From contig CM059432.1 in NCBI GenBank assembly GCA_030390025.1, positions 86,926,001-86,990,000 of the forward strand: a stretch of DNA of 64,000 nt, in the 5' to 3' direction. The notes below the pieces were generated by a model. That model was not told where the DNA came from. It did not search any database and saw only the letters and a list, made by a program, of their open reading frames with translations. The position numbers and the translations under genes were made by a program. Positions 51,370-64,000 of this stretch are shown piece by piece. Numbering within the stretch: position 1 is the stretch's first letter; the number at the start of each line of letters is the position of its first letter. This stretch comes from Squalus acanthias (lineage: Eukaryota).

Positions 51370-52460
51370 TGAACTTGCATCTTTCTTTAGTTTTTCTCCC
51401 ATCTCCCCTCATGTCCTCTCTGAGCTCATCTTGTCCATGAGGCCCACCTCCTGCGTCCTCGACCATGTCCCCACCAAACTGCTGACCACCCAACTTCCCT
51501 TCCTGGCCCCCATGTTAGCTGTTAGTGTTAATGGTTCCCTCTCCTCTGGTACTGCCCCCCTCCCCTTCAAATCTGCTGTTATCACCCCTCTGCTCAAAAA
51601 ACTCACCCTTTATCCTTTTGTCCTTGAAAACTACCGCCCCATCTGCAACCTCCCATTCCTCTCCAAAGTCCTTGAATGTGTTGTCGACTCCCAAGTCCAT
51701 GTTTCCTGTAACTCCATGTTTGAATCCCTCTAATCAGGTTTCTGCCACTGTCTGAGGCTGAACCAGACAGTCCTCAACCTTGGTGTTGTATTTGACCCTG
51801 AGATGAGCTTCCGACGACATATTCGCGCCATCACTAAGACCGCCTATTTCCACCTCTGTGCCTGACTCCGTCCCTACCTCAGCTCATCTGATGCTGAAAC
51901 CCTCATCCATGCCTTTGCTACCTCTGCACTTCACTATTTCAATGCTCTCCTGGGCAGCCTCCCATCTTTCACCCTCCATAAACTTAAGGCCATCCAAAAC
52001 TCTGCTATTCTAACTCGCACAAAGTCTTGTTCACCCATCACTCCTGTGCTCGCTGACCTACGTTTTCTCCTGGTTAAGCAATGCTTCGATTTTAAAATTC
52101 TCATTCTTGTTTTGAAATCCCTCATGGTCTCGCCCCTCCCTATCTCTGTAATCTCCTCCAGCGCTCTGCGCCCCTCCAATTCTGGTCTCTTGCGCATCCC
52201 TGACTTTAATCGCTCCACCATTGGCTGCCGAGGCCCTAAGCTCTGGAATTCCCTCCCTAAACCTCTCCGTCTCTCTACCTCTTTTTCCTCCTTTAAGACG
52301 CTCTTTAAAACATACCTCTTTGACCAAGCTTTTGGTCAGCTGCCCTAATATCTCCATATGTGACTCGGTGTCACATTTTGTTTGATAATGCTCCTGTGAA
52401 GCGCCTTGGGATGTTTTACTACCCTAAAGGCGCTATACAAATGCATGTTGCTGTTGTTGT
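51370..52460 (+). mobile_element. L2 LINE, internally deleted 3' part
   Basis: AVITPLLKK...NYRPICNLPFLSKVLE; DFKILILVLKSL...KLWNSLP; tail aaaggcgctatacaaatgcatgttgctgttgttgt. Confidence 0.88.
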
Positions 52461-52576
52461 ACAGAAGTAATTCCTGCCTGGAGGAGTGTGGAAACAAGAA
52501 ACACCCACCCCCATTCTGGCAGAATTTGGAATTGCACAGAAAGGAGTAGAAATCTGATGTATCTGGGTCCCACAGC

Positions 52577-52723
52577 CAATGTTCCCTTGACCCGGCCGTG
52601 CAGCAATGGGAAAGGTCCCGCACAGACCACTCACTGGCCTCTCCATTGTAAATACCGCGCATGCGCGGAAATTTAAAGGGACCGCGCGCTAAAAGAACAA
52701 AGCGCAGCTTACAGGGAACATTG
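52577..52723. mobile_element. hAT-type MITE, 147 bp
   Basis: TIRs caatgttccc / gggaacattg and a perfect 8-bp TSD cccacagc. A partial relative lies at about 38695-38848. Confidence 0.82.
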
Positions 52724-53129
52724 CCCACAGCAAGTTCCTCCTCTGCATGCCCAGAAAACGGTGACACTGCAGCCAGGAATTTCAGGGCTTATGTTGTTCA
52801 TTTGAAATGATGAATTTAAAACACACGGTTTGAGCGCCGTCTAACTCACAATGCCAATCTTAAGTAAAATGTTCATACTATATAATTTGTATTAACATTT
52901 TTAAATTCCTTAATTTATATGTTAATGTATGAACATAAATGGATTTATGAATAAGATGTTAAGTGCAGATAAACATAGGAATTGCTAGATGAAAAAAGAC
53001 CATACATCTAATTCGCCTTCTACTATCCGAGCAGTCGCATGATACAATGCTAATAGAGTTGTTGATTAATCATAGCAAACAAAGAATTTGTGGTGTTTAC
53101 AGTTTACCAGAATAGTGGACCAGGGGTTC

Positions 53130-53765
53130 AAATACATAATTCTCCGAAAGAGCAAGATAAATTATACTTTTTTTTTCAAAAGCCAATACCATTTTTGGTT
53201 ATAAATTGGGATATAGACTGCAAAGGTAAACGTGTAATAAATTTGTCGAAGGCAATGGTTAGGCCAAAGTTGGAGTAGTGTGTACAGTTTTGGATGGCCC
53301 ACTATAGAAAGCGTGTTAATGGCTTGGAGATGGTAGTGTAGATTCTCCAGGATGATACCAGGGATGAGAAACTATTATGAAGAGACAATTAGAGAGTGGT
53401 ACTGTTTCATACTTGAGTAGAGCTGAATAAGATGATATTTAACAGATGTTTAAAAAAATTATGAACGGTTTTGAACAGGGAAACCTATTGCCTCTAGTTG
53501 GGGAGCTGGTGTTGAGGGGGATCGTCACTGGGAGAGAGGTTAGGAGAAAGTTCTTTATATAAATGCTTGTTTGATCTTTGTCACAGGGCGTGGTTGAGGC
53601 AGAGACTATTGCATATTTTAAGGGAAAAATGGATAAATATTTGAAGCAAAGGAAAGTACAGGGCGATGGGGAGCGCGCAGGGCAGTAGAATTAGTTTTGG
53701 ATTGCTCCAGCAAAGAGCTGGCACAGGCGTGATGGGCCGAACGGCCGCCTCTGTATTGTAAACAT
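53130..53765 (+). mobile_element. Old CR1 3' fragment
   Basis: MVRPKLE remnant and gggccgaacggccgcctctg 3' stem. Confidence 0.6.
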
Positions 53766-54351
53766 CTGTGCTAGTGATATCACTAGCCCAACGTAAGTGC
53801 ATCACAAGATGTGTATTGGCATATTACAATATCATTAAAATGCATTGGCTTAATTAGTATTTTTCCTATAGTGTATTGGTACCAATATCCTAAATAAACT
53901 AGTGACAATTGATCTCTAGTGAAATGTTCCTTGTGCTGAACTAAGAGAAAAGATTTTAATGCAGAGTAGGAGAGTTTGGGATCAGAAGTTACTTGAGATT
54001 AGTGGTAGAGCATGAGCTGAAAGGAGTCATGGCAATCTCACTCGAAGGTTGGTGCAGTAAGATGTACTATTCTGAGGATGAGGATATATTAAGGCAGAAG
54101 AAAGGATGCTTTGTCTTGCATCTAACCTGTGAATGCTTGATGCTGACCAGGGGAGAAATGTGGTTTTTAAAAAAAAAAAGAAATTCCATTCCATGCGTCC
54201 CTCAGCTAGCTGAGCAGAAATAAAAGTGGGTTGAGGGTCTAGTGACCGAGATTTTAGTATCTGACCTCCTTTATTGAAGTTAAAGACTTATTACTTGATC
54301 CTAGTTGTCCAGTTCTGTACAGATACTATAAGCACTTTCTTGTGTGTGCAG

Positions 54352-54454
54352 ATTAACCTTCCATTCAGTCAACCTTTTCGCTGCTTTTGCTCAGCTGGAA
54401 ACACTGTGGAGGGGCGATTGATTTACGCTGGAAACTTGGCCAGGGTAGTACTCG
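54352..54454 (+). CDS. TMEM70: TMEM70 exon 2 (INLPFSQPFRCFCSAGNTVEGRLIYAGNLARVVL(G))
   Basis: Contains the conserved GRLIYxGNLARxVxG motif of TMEM70; tgcag| acceptor and G|gtaaga donor, phase 1. Confidence 0.92.
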
Positions 54455-54841
54455 GTAAGAGATGAAATCTTTCTGCTCATTGTTTGAATACATGCTGCTA
54501 GAATTGGAGGAAGTGAAGGGAAATATGTCTGCATTCATGTTCTAACCTTTGCCTGAGGGAGAACATTTTTTTTAAGGACCGTATACTAAATGTAATTTTT
54601 CCCAAGCATGTAATACAGTATCTTCCTTGCACCATTTAATAATTTTTAATTATAAAGTACCTTAAATGTTCTGTAAATGTGAAACATTATAGTGCACTAA
54701 AATGGTTCATTGTGTTCATGGGGAATTTTTTTTAGCATTATTTCCAAATATTGTTTCTATATTGCTTTAAAAATTAAAATTTTTGATTGTGAAATTAGCA
54801 CTTTTTTTTCTAATGTCAAACATCTCGATTTCATTTTACAG

Positions 54842-55275
54842 GGGTGAAGTTCTTCTCCTACTCCACCAGTATTTTCAGTTTCTGTATGATGCCTTATATC
54901 CTCTTGCAGTCTGGCCTTGGAATTCAGAGCCCTGCATTGCAAATAGCTTTCTGTGGCATAATAGGGTTTTTTACTTTTTTAAGTCCTATGGTATTGCACC
55001 TCCTCACTAAAGGTTACGTAGTTCGTTTATATCACAATGCGGAAACTGACCACTACACAGCAGTCACTTACAATGTTCTACTCCAGCAGAAGAAAACTGT
55101 TTTTCATCAAAAGGATGTGAAGGTTCCAGGAGTCAGCAAGATGTTCACTACATTCTATGCAAACAAAAAGTCACTGCTAGTAAATCCAATACTGTTCTGG
55201 CATCCAAATGACTACAGCCACCTAATGGGTTATGATCAGCCCTTTTCCTTTAATTTGGATGAACTAAAAAAGTAA
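54842..55275 (+). CDS. TMEM70: TMEM70 exon 3 (VKFFSYSTS...[11 protein letters not shown]...[10 protein letters not shown]...MFTTFYA...[14 protein letters not shown]...*), ATP synthase assembly factor
   Basis: Characteristic TMEM70 motifs and two hydrophobic segments; acceptor ttttacag|GG; TAA ends at 55275. Spliced CDS is 741 nt = 246 aa. Confidence 0.96.
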
Positions 55276-58200
55276 CGAGAAGAAGAAGAAATGAACATTG
55301 GGAGAGGGAAGTTACTTCTACAGTTTGAGTTTATACAGTAAAATCGTTTCCTCGGTCTTCATTGGTAGTCAGCTAAGTGCTCCATTTAATTTTATGCACT
55401 TTGATTAAACAAAAGGATCTCCCTGTATGTGCCAAGAGAAAAATACTGCAGATACTGGAATCTGAAATAAAAAGAGAAAATGTTGGAAACACTCAGCAGG
55501 TCAGGCAGCATCTATGGAGCTGGTAGGTTGATGTTTTGGGTTTATGACCCTTCGTTAGAACCTGCTGAGTGTTTCCAACATTTTCTCTTTTATTCCCATT
55601 ATGTACTGTTGTGCAGCTACATTATTTACAAATTACTTTTAGTATTTTTGTTCCTGTATAAACTGCACCCATTTGAAGCTGTTCAATAGAGAGTGCTTGT
55701 GGTCATTGAGAACTGACTTAAGTCTCCTCTCGAACTTTCATTTCCTCACGTTGACCATGAACCAGCTGCGATCGAGAGGGTAAGCAACCAACCTGCACCC
55801 CGGCCTCTGCCATTGTTGCTTTGAACTAGTTGCTGGCCTGGTGATGACCCTCTATCTCACGTCCTTTGCTTCTGTAAGAAAGTGCCTGGTTGAGAACAGG
55901 AATGTAGTGACAGAGGATCAAATCTGTGTCCCACTGCTCCCATGCCACCTCATTTTATTTGCTTGTCTTTCCCATCTGGAGTGATTGGCAACTCCACTTA
56001 GGTGTGAGCTTTAGACCTACAGGCTTGTGACTGAAATGGCATCCTAATTTGCTGAACAATGGGACACTAAGAAATTGCTGTTGAGTGCATCAAAGAAACA
56101 TCCTTTATTGGCTTTCATAAACTGTTGAAATGGTCAATATATATTTCTAAAATACCCTGTTCATCCAAAATGTATTTTCCGGTTTCTATAAAATATTAGC
56201 TTGAATGACATAGTGATTGGGTAGAGGAAAAAAAACGTACCATTTGTTTCTATTGCACAGCCATCCTCTTCAATTATATTTTCCTGAAGATCAAGTTTTA
56301 AATATACACAAGAGTGGCAGGTAGGCTTTACTTTATTAAATCCAGTTTGGGCAAACAAAAGGGATATGTCATCATAAACACATTTTAAAATCTCCTTTGT
56401 CTTTTTTACTAAATGGACAACTATTACATAATATCAGTGCGTGCTGACAAGCTAGTTTCCATTGATTTAAATTTTACTGGTGATTTGTTTCTTAAATGGA
56501 TGAACATATAAAAATGACAGACCGGAAAAGACAAGCTGGTCCATCAAGCCGTCCCATAGTTTCATAGTGCAATTTATGCTCACCATATCTTACATCCACA
56601 TCCCCACCAGCCACCCGTGCAATTACCTGGGAGAGCCAAAAAAAAACCCTAGGTTGATTTAGAGGAAAGAAAAGCCGGGAAATACCTGTCCAACCCCACT
56701 GCTGTGTCATTCATACTCAGTTTTCACAGAAACTGGAAAATTATTTTTGGATGAACAGGGTATTTTAGAAATATATATATTAACCATTTCCAACAGTTTA
56801 TGAAAGCCAGCAAAGGATGTTTCTTTGCACTGAACAGCATGTATAAACCATTTCTGATTGTTTGTGGAAGCTAACAGAGATTTGTTTGAGACACAGAGGC
56901 AATTTTTTTTTTTTTTGCAGTGTCCCATTGGTCAGCAAATTAAAGACTCTCCAACTTGTCACCCTTGTGGTAAAGACTGATTATGCAGTGAATGAAAAAT
57001 GAGCCAATTTCATTATTGGAGTAAGAGTAAAAGAAAGACAGACTTGCATTTATATAGCGCCTTTCACAACCTCAGGATGTCCCAAAGCGCTTTACAGACA
57101 ATGAAGTACTTTTGGCGTGTAGTCACTGATGTAATGTAGGAAATGTGGCAGCCAATTTGTGCACAGCAAGCTCCCACAAACAGCAATGTGATAATGACCA
57201 GATAATCTGTTTACCATAATGTTGAAGATAAAAGTGCAGCTTACTTTCCTTTTCATTATGATGGGATTCTAGTTTTTAAAAAAATGTGGAACAAGTTGAT
57301 TAATGGATTGTCAGTGTGTGGAGTACAGGTTTAGCAGAAGCTTCAGTGACAGTTAAATGCATCCAAAACTTATTCTATATGTTACTTATTTATTACGACT
57401 TAAAGTCTGTGGACTTAACAATCAAATAAAAATTAGTCCATGACACATTTGCTAACCAAATAAATTTCTAATATGTTCCAATTTCAGTGGAATAAAGTGT
57501 ATGTGATTGATAATGGTTGATTTATTAAAAGGGGTAACTATTGCTATCATCACTGGTTAGTACTTATCAATTCCTTTCTTAGAATTTTTTTTTTTTTTTT
57601 AAACCTCCCCTCGATTTTCTCCCTTTTGCAGGTTCCCAAAGGTTTACATTTGCTGTAGGTCTGCTTGATTATCCGTTGTCAAGACTACATGAATCCTGTT
57701 GTTAAAGACCTTGCGAGGACCTGTGGGAGAATGGCTTTGTGACAATGACTATTTTCTCTCCAAGCGGGAATGTACATGGGTTCCTATTGGCACCTCCGCA
57801 TTGTAGCACAGCTGTGCTGCTAACTTTTTTACTTTTTAAAAAAAAACAAGCTTCTCCTGTAAGCATGCATTAGTTTTTGGAGCAGGAACTTTTAAGACAT
57901 CGTTGAGGGAAGGAGGAAATCTCTTAATTAGTCTAATGTGAATATTTGATAGAGATTTGAAGAAAGCACATTTTTTTGGCTGCCGTTGGTATATCATAAG
58001 CAGAACACTTAAGTTTCTGTGGCAGTGGTATAGAGGTAGGGAATCTGGTATCTCTAGCCTGTCCTCTCTGTATTGGAAACTCCATATTGGGCTCTTCTGG
58101 AAACCAATATAAATGAAGATTTTGCATTTATCTAAATCCTGAAATCAGTGATGGTATTGCCCAGAGATACCTTCTTTGTTGAATGTTGTGTACACATGTT

Positions 58201-59456
58201 TCTAATTAAAAAATGTCAGCGACTTAATGTGAACATAGATCATGAATTGAAAAAGCCAAAGGTGTTTTAAGATATTTACAGCGAGATCTGAGTGAACTAA
58301 AAGAAACACAATATTGTGACCAGTAGTTATGGAGATAAGACTTGTTCTTGCCTCGCTTCTGCTACTAAACATGAAAGTGGCAAGCTTTGTGATGCTGCTA
58401 CTTGAGGTTGGTGGCAGTTTTTAAGTGGTCTGATGTACTCAGCTAATAGTCATTATATTATATGCTAAATCAATGTGTTGAATAGTGCAGGTAAGCACTG
58501 GGATGTTGACTCTGCAGTGCTACATTTGAAGCATTTTTCAGTGTATTGCCACTAGGTGGTGAAAACACATTGTAATAAGCTCTGTAATGTTTCCTATTAA
58601 AGCACTGACGACATTTTAAATTGTAGACCACTTTATTTTAGACTGTATAATCATATAAAATACTGTAAATTACTTCTCCGTAACCTGCTAGAAAAAAAAA
58701 TGGTTAAACTACAGTACCTGTCCAGTGATGCACAAGTTGATGACTATTAACTGCTGTGTTACCTTTATACTCATTTCATTTTTGCATTTTTCTCATCTTG
58801 TTAATGTTACCTTATCAAAGGAACAGATCTGCGTGACTGAAAAACATATGGACCTGAAGCCCTAACACTTGTTTTTTTTTTAAATATCAGAGCTGCATTA
58901 ATAGTAAATTCTGCTAAAAAAAACTAAACATTCAGATAACTAGTAGTAATTTTGCTAGAAGTGTCTGAAAACTCCATTAAAAAATCCTCAATTACATTTT
59001 GCTGGTTTATGCAAAATGAAGCCCAACTCCCATAAGCATTCTTGTGAATAATATTGATGATCATGCATTTCTGTATTCCATATAATTTCTACCTTTTCTT
59101 ACCAAACACATTGCACTTGGTATGTAAGTCAGTGAATTTATAATGTGTAATATTTGCACATTACAACGACTGCTGAACTTGTAATTAATTTATAGATTTG
59201 TTTAATACTAAAGGCACAAAACATGCATTTAAAACAATTTATATATTTGTGTACCATACCCCTGTATGCCATTTTCAAATATATATTTATATTAACTGAT
59301 CCTCATGATGGTGAGTCAGAGGATGTGCTTCTTTATGGTATGTAACATTATTGGGGCCACAGACTTATGACAGTTTAATAAATGAAATTGTGTTATTACA
59401 AAGTAGTCTGGGAACATTAGCAGTATTTTCTGTTTTGAATTATGCGATTGTCAGTA

Positions 59457-59987
59457 CAGGAAACTTTCGTTTATCCGGCACCCAAATATCCGGAATTCTC
59501 GCTTAACCGGCAAAAATCAGGAGTAGGTTCAGGTAAGTTTTACTATACAGTCAAGACCCCGATTCTGACCTTTCGCCCCCACGAAAGGGGGGTCAACGTT
59601 CTTCCGACTCGGACCTGTCGCCGCCACGGAGGAAAAAGCCAGAGTCTCATGATTTGGAATACAGGACCGGCTCGGGGAGCTCAGACCCCTCGGCAGAGGC
59701 TGCCCTCCCGTAAGCCGGCTCCCTCAGGATATAAAGGGTGCGATGATGGTTGCGCTTGCCCCAAGCACTCTCTGCTCGGTTTCCACAAACTGTAAAACAA
59801 TTGGAATACTGTAAAGGTTTCCTCCCATCGTGTTAGTTTACTTTCCCTCTCCGGGTCCCAATTTTTAAACCTGTGGCCGTGTACGGGGCTCTCATACCTT
59901 GGTAAGTATACCTCTCTGTAATCCGGAACTTTCGATCAACCGGCACCACGCCAGTCCCATCGGTGCCGGATAAACGAAAGTTTCCTG
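59457..59987. mobile_element. Tc1/mariner (Tigger/pogo-like) non-autonomous element, 531 bp
   Basis: Perfect 26-bp TIR caggaaactttcgtttatccggcacc, TA TSD, subterminal repeats of the TIR motif, CpG-rich interior. Confidence 0.88.
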
Positions 59988-60512
59988 TAATTTTGTGGGA
60001 ATTATAAATTAGTGGCTTTGGTAATTGTATGTATATATGTCTACTTATGCAGTGAATTTTATGTCACACTTTAATAACATTAAAACATTCAAGGTCCAGA
60101 GGGAGATGATGGGAGATGTTGCACATATGTAGGGAGCTTGTAGATGTACCAAAGGAGGGCATGGGGTGATGTGGTTTGGTGATATTGGGAGGGTGGTGGA
60201 GTAGTGGAAGGATCGGGCAGTTGTTGCTGTGTTGAGGGTGGTGTCCTTGGGTGTCAGATTAGGGGGAGTTCCAGTGTCTGGAAGTACTGGGATTGATGTG
60301 TGATAATGTTGGAAGGATATTGGTGGGTGTGGGATAATAGTGGTGGAGTGAGGGAGCATTGAGGAGGAGAATTGATGCATGTGGGAGTACTGGGAGGGAA
60401 GTCCCAGGTGTGCGAACTGGGTTGTGGGGTGCTATTTGAGAAAAGCACTCTCGTCTCTTGCATCTCAGAACTGGCAATAAGTTCTTTAAGGTACTTACTA
60501 CGATCTGCAATA

Positions 60513-61135
60513 TAGGAACGTTAGGAGCAGGGGTAGGCCATTCAGCCCCTCAAGCTTACTCCGCCATTCAATTGGATCATGGCTGATCTGCACATCAGCT
60601 GCATTTATCTGTTTTGCTTCTTGATACCCTTACCTAACAAAAATCTATGTGTATCTCAGTCTTGAAAGCTTCACAGACTTTTGGGGAAGAAAGTTGTGAT
60701 TTCATTCCTGGACAGCCTAGCTCTAATTTTAAGATTATATCCCCTTGTTCTTGATTTCCCCCACCAGAGGAAATAGTTTCTCAATATCTACCCTATCAAA
60801 TCCTTTTAACATTTTAAATATCTCGATCAGATCACCTCTCAATCTTCTATACTCCAGGGAATGCAAGCCACATTTATGCAACCTGTCCTTGTAATTTAAC
60901 CCTTTTAGTCCCGGTATCATTTTGGTAAATCAGGGCTGCATCCCCTTCAAGGTCAATATACCCTTCCTGAGGTGCGGTGCCCTAAACTGAACGCAGTGCT
61001 CCAGATGAGGTCTGACCAAAGCTCTATGCAACTGAAGCATTATTTTCTCCCGTTTGTATTCCAGCCCCCTTGAGATAAAAATGAACATTCCATTAGCCTT
61101 TTTTTTATTGCTTTTTGTACCTTTTACTGATTTGT
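60513..61135 (-). mobile_element. CR1 3' fragment
   Basis: IPGLKGLNYKDRL...RRLRGDLIEIFKML. Confidence 0.85.
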
Positions 61136-61137
61136 GT

Positions 61138-63080
61138 ACTTGTGTGGCACTGCCACTGTGCTAAATGGGATAGATTCAGAACAGATCTAGCAGCTCAAAA
61201 CTGGGCATCCATGAGGCGCTGTGGGCCATCAGCAGCAGCAGAATTGTATTCCACCACAATCTGTAACCTCATGGCCCTACATATCCCTCACTCTACCATT
61301 AGCATCAAGCCAGGGGACCAACCCTGGTTCAATAAGGAGTGTAGAAGAGCATGCCAGGAGCAGCACCAGGCATACCTAAAAATGAGGCGCCAACCTGGGG
61401 AAGCTGCAACACAGGACTACATGCATGCTAAAAAGCGGAAGCAGCATGCTATAGACAGGGCTAAGCGATCCCACAATCAACGGATCAGATCAAAGCTCTG
61501 CAGTCCTGCCACATCCAGTTGTGAATGGTGGTGGACCATTAAACAACTAACAGAAGGAGGAGGCTCCATGAATATCCCCATTCTCAATGATGGTGGAGCC
61601 CAGCACGTGAGTGCAAAAGACAAGGCTGAAGCGTTTGCAACCATCTTCAGCCAGAAGTGCTGAGTGGTTGATCCATATTAGCCTCCTCCTGCGGTCCCCA
61701 CCCTCAGAGGAGCCAGTCTTCAGCCAATTCGATTCACTCCACGTGATATCAAGAAACGGCTGAGCGCAGTGGATACAGCAAAGGCTATGGGCCCTGACAA
61801 CATCCTGGCTATCGTGCTGAAGACTTGTGCTCCAGAACTAGCCGCGCCTCTAGCCAAGCTCTTCCAGTACAGCTACAACACTGGCATCTATCCGACAATG
61901 TGGAAAACTGCCCAGGTGTGTCCTGTCCACAAAAAGCAGGACAAATCCAATCCGGCCAATTACCGCCCCATCAGTCTACTCAATCATCAGCAAAGTGATG
62001 GAAGGTGTCATCGACAGTGCTATAAAGCGGCACTTACCAATAACTTGCTCAGTTTGGGTTCTGCCAAGACCACTCAGCTGCCGACCTCATTACAGCCTTG
62101 GTCCAAACATGGACAAAGAAGCTGAATTCCAGAGGTGAGAGTGACTGCCCTTGACATCAACGCAGCATTTGACCGAGTGTGGTATCAAGGAGCCCTAGTA
62201 AAACTGAAGTCAGTGGGAATTGGGGTAAAACTCTCCACTGGCTGGAATCATACCTAGCACAAAGGAAGATAGTTGTGGTGATTAACCTTCAATCATCACA
62301 GCCCCAGGACATCGCTGCAGGAGTTCCTCAGGGCAGTGTCCTAGGCCCAACCATCTTCAGCTGCTTCATCAATGACCTTCCCTCCAACATAAGGTCAGAA
62401 ATGGAGATGTTCGCTGATGACTGCACAGTGTTCAGTGCCATTCACAACTCCTCAGATAATGAAGCAGTCCATGCCTGCATGCAACAAGACCTGGACGACG
62501 TTCAGGCTTGGGCTGATAAGTGGCAGGTAACATTCGCACCACAGAAGTGCCAGGCAATGACTATCTCCAACAAGCGAGAGTCTAACCACCGCCCCTTGAC
62601 ATTCAATGGCATTACCATCACCGAATCCCCCACCATCAACATTCTGGGGGGTCACCATTGACCAGAAAATTAACTGGACCAGCCACATAAATACTGTGGC
62701 AACAAGAGCAGATCAGAGGCTAGGTATTCTGCGGCGAGTGTCTCACCTGACTCCCCAAAGCCTTTCTATCATCTACAAGGCACAAGTAAGGAGTGTGATG
62801 GAATACTCTCCACTTGTCTGGATGAGTGCAGCTCCAACAACACTCAAGAAGCTCGACACCATCCAGGACAAAGCAGTCCGCTTGATTGGCACCCCCTCTA
62901 CCAACTTAAACATCCACTCCCTCCACCACCAGCGTACCGTGGCTACAGTGTGTACCATCTACAAGATGCACTGCAGCAACTCGCCAAGGTTTCTTTGGCA
63001 GCACCTACCAAACCCGCGACCTCTTCCACCTAAAAGGACAAGGGCAGCAAGCGCATGGGAACACCACCACCTCCAAGTTC
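61138..63080 (+). mobile_element. LINE family A, internal ~1.9 kb fragment
   Basis: Successive frameshifted ORFs 61115-63112 covering the post-APE linker, RT and C-terminus. Confidence 0.9.
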
Positions 63081-64000
63081 CTTTCTATCTACCCTATCTA
63101 TGCCCCTCATAATTTTGTACACCTCAATCAGGTCCCCCCTCAGTCTTCTCTGCTCTAAGGAAAACAACCCCAGCCTGTCCAGTCTCTCTTCATGGCTGAA
63201 GCGCTCCAGCCCAGGTAACATCCTGGTGAATCTCCTCTGCACCCTCTCCAATGCAATCACATCCTTCCTATAGTGTGGCGACCAGAACTGCACACAGTAT
63301 TCCAGCTGTGGCCTAACTAGCGTTTTGTACAGCTCCATCATAACCTCCCTGCTCTTATAGTCTATGCCTCGGCTAATGAAGGCAAGTATCCCATATGCCT
63401 TTTTAACCACCTTATCTACCTGTCCTGCTGCCTTCAGGGATCTATGAACATGCACACCAAGGTCCCTCTGATCCTCTGTCCTTCCTAGGATCCTAGCATT
63501 CATTGTGTATTCCCTTGCCTTGTTAGTCCTCCCAAAATGCATCACCTCACACTTTTCAGGGTTAAATTCCATTTGCCACTGTTCTGCCCATCTAACCATC
63601 CCGTCTATATCGTCCTGTAGCCTGAGGCTTCCCTCCTCGCTATTTACCACTCCACCAATTTTCGTGTCATCTTCGAACTTACTGATCATACATCCTACAT
63701 TCATATCTAAATCATTAATGTACACTACAAACAGCAAAGGACCCAGCACCGATCCCTGCGGTACACCACTGGACACAAGCTTCCAGTCACAAAAACAACC
63801 TTCGACCATCACCCTCTGCCTCCAGCCACTAAGCCAATTTTGGATCCAATGTGCCAAATTGCCCTGGATCCCATGGGCTCTTACCTTCTTGACCAGTCTC
63901 CCATGTGGGACTTTGTCAAAAGCCTTACTGAAGTCCATGTAGACTACATCAACTGCACTACCCTCATCCACACACCTAGTCACCCCCTCAAAAAATTCAA
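63081..64000 (-). mobile_element. CR1 LINE RT region with an uninterrupted ~300-codon ORF; runs off the window
   Basis: DVVYMDFSKAFDKVPH...SGVPQGSVLGPLLF...KFEDDTK...LVRPQLEYCVQFWSP. Confidence 0.95.

Noticed and set aside
56000..59400. LY96 exons expected from synteny; acceptor-like site near 57631
   Set aside because: All three frames after the acceptor close quickly and no MD-2-like peptide was seen.
63030..63983. Host gene or active RT from the 317-aa ORF
   Set aside because: It is a CR1 fragment lacking its 3' end, with FEDD in place of FADD; the last codons come from the adjacent LINE.

Overview
This is vertebrate genomic DNA, most likely from a cartilaginous fish (shark-type SINE/LINE/Penelope repertoire; inferred, not proven). 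Two spliced protein-coding genes are arranged head-to-head. ELOC/TCEB1 lies on the minus strand (coding exons 28764-28767, 27163-27306, 21336-21526; 112 aa; probable CpG-island promoter near 41.1-41.7 kb). TMEM70 lies on the plus strand (coding exons 48455-48658, 54352-54454, 54842-55275; 246 aa). Much of the rest is transposon-derived: CR1, L2, RTE and Tx1 LINE fragments, DeuSINE/SacSINE1-like SINEs, PIF/Harbinger, hAT and Tigger-type MITEs, and palindromic Penelope-like elements carrying minimal hammerhead ribozymes. The most unusual signal is a CR1/Jockey-group LINE family with no visible ORF1. Its 5' end, in two independent copies, is a tRNA-like Pol III head, and short non-coding head+tail derivatives also occur. 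Other notable items are hammerhead motifs with covarying stems, a ~1.1 kb palindrome between the two divergent promoters, a probable GC-AG intron after the ELOC start codon, and MITEs whose internal hairpins covary. All coordinates were read by eye; repeat boundaries are approximate and no database searches were run.
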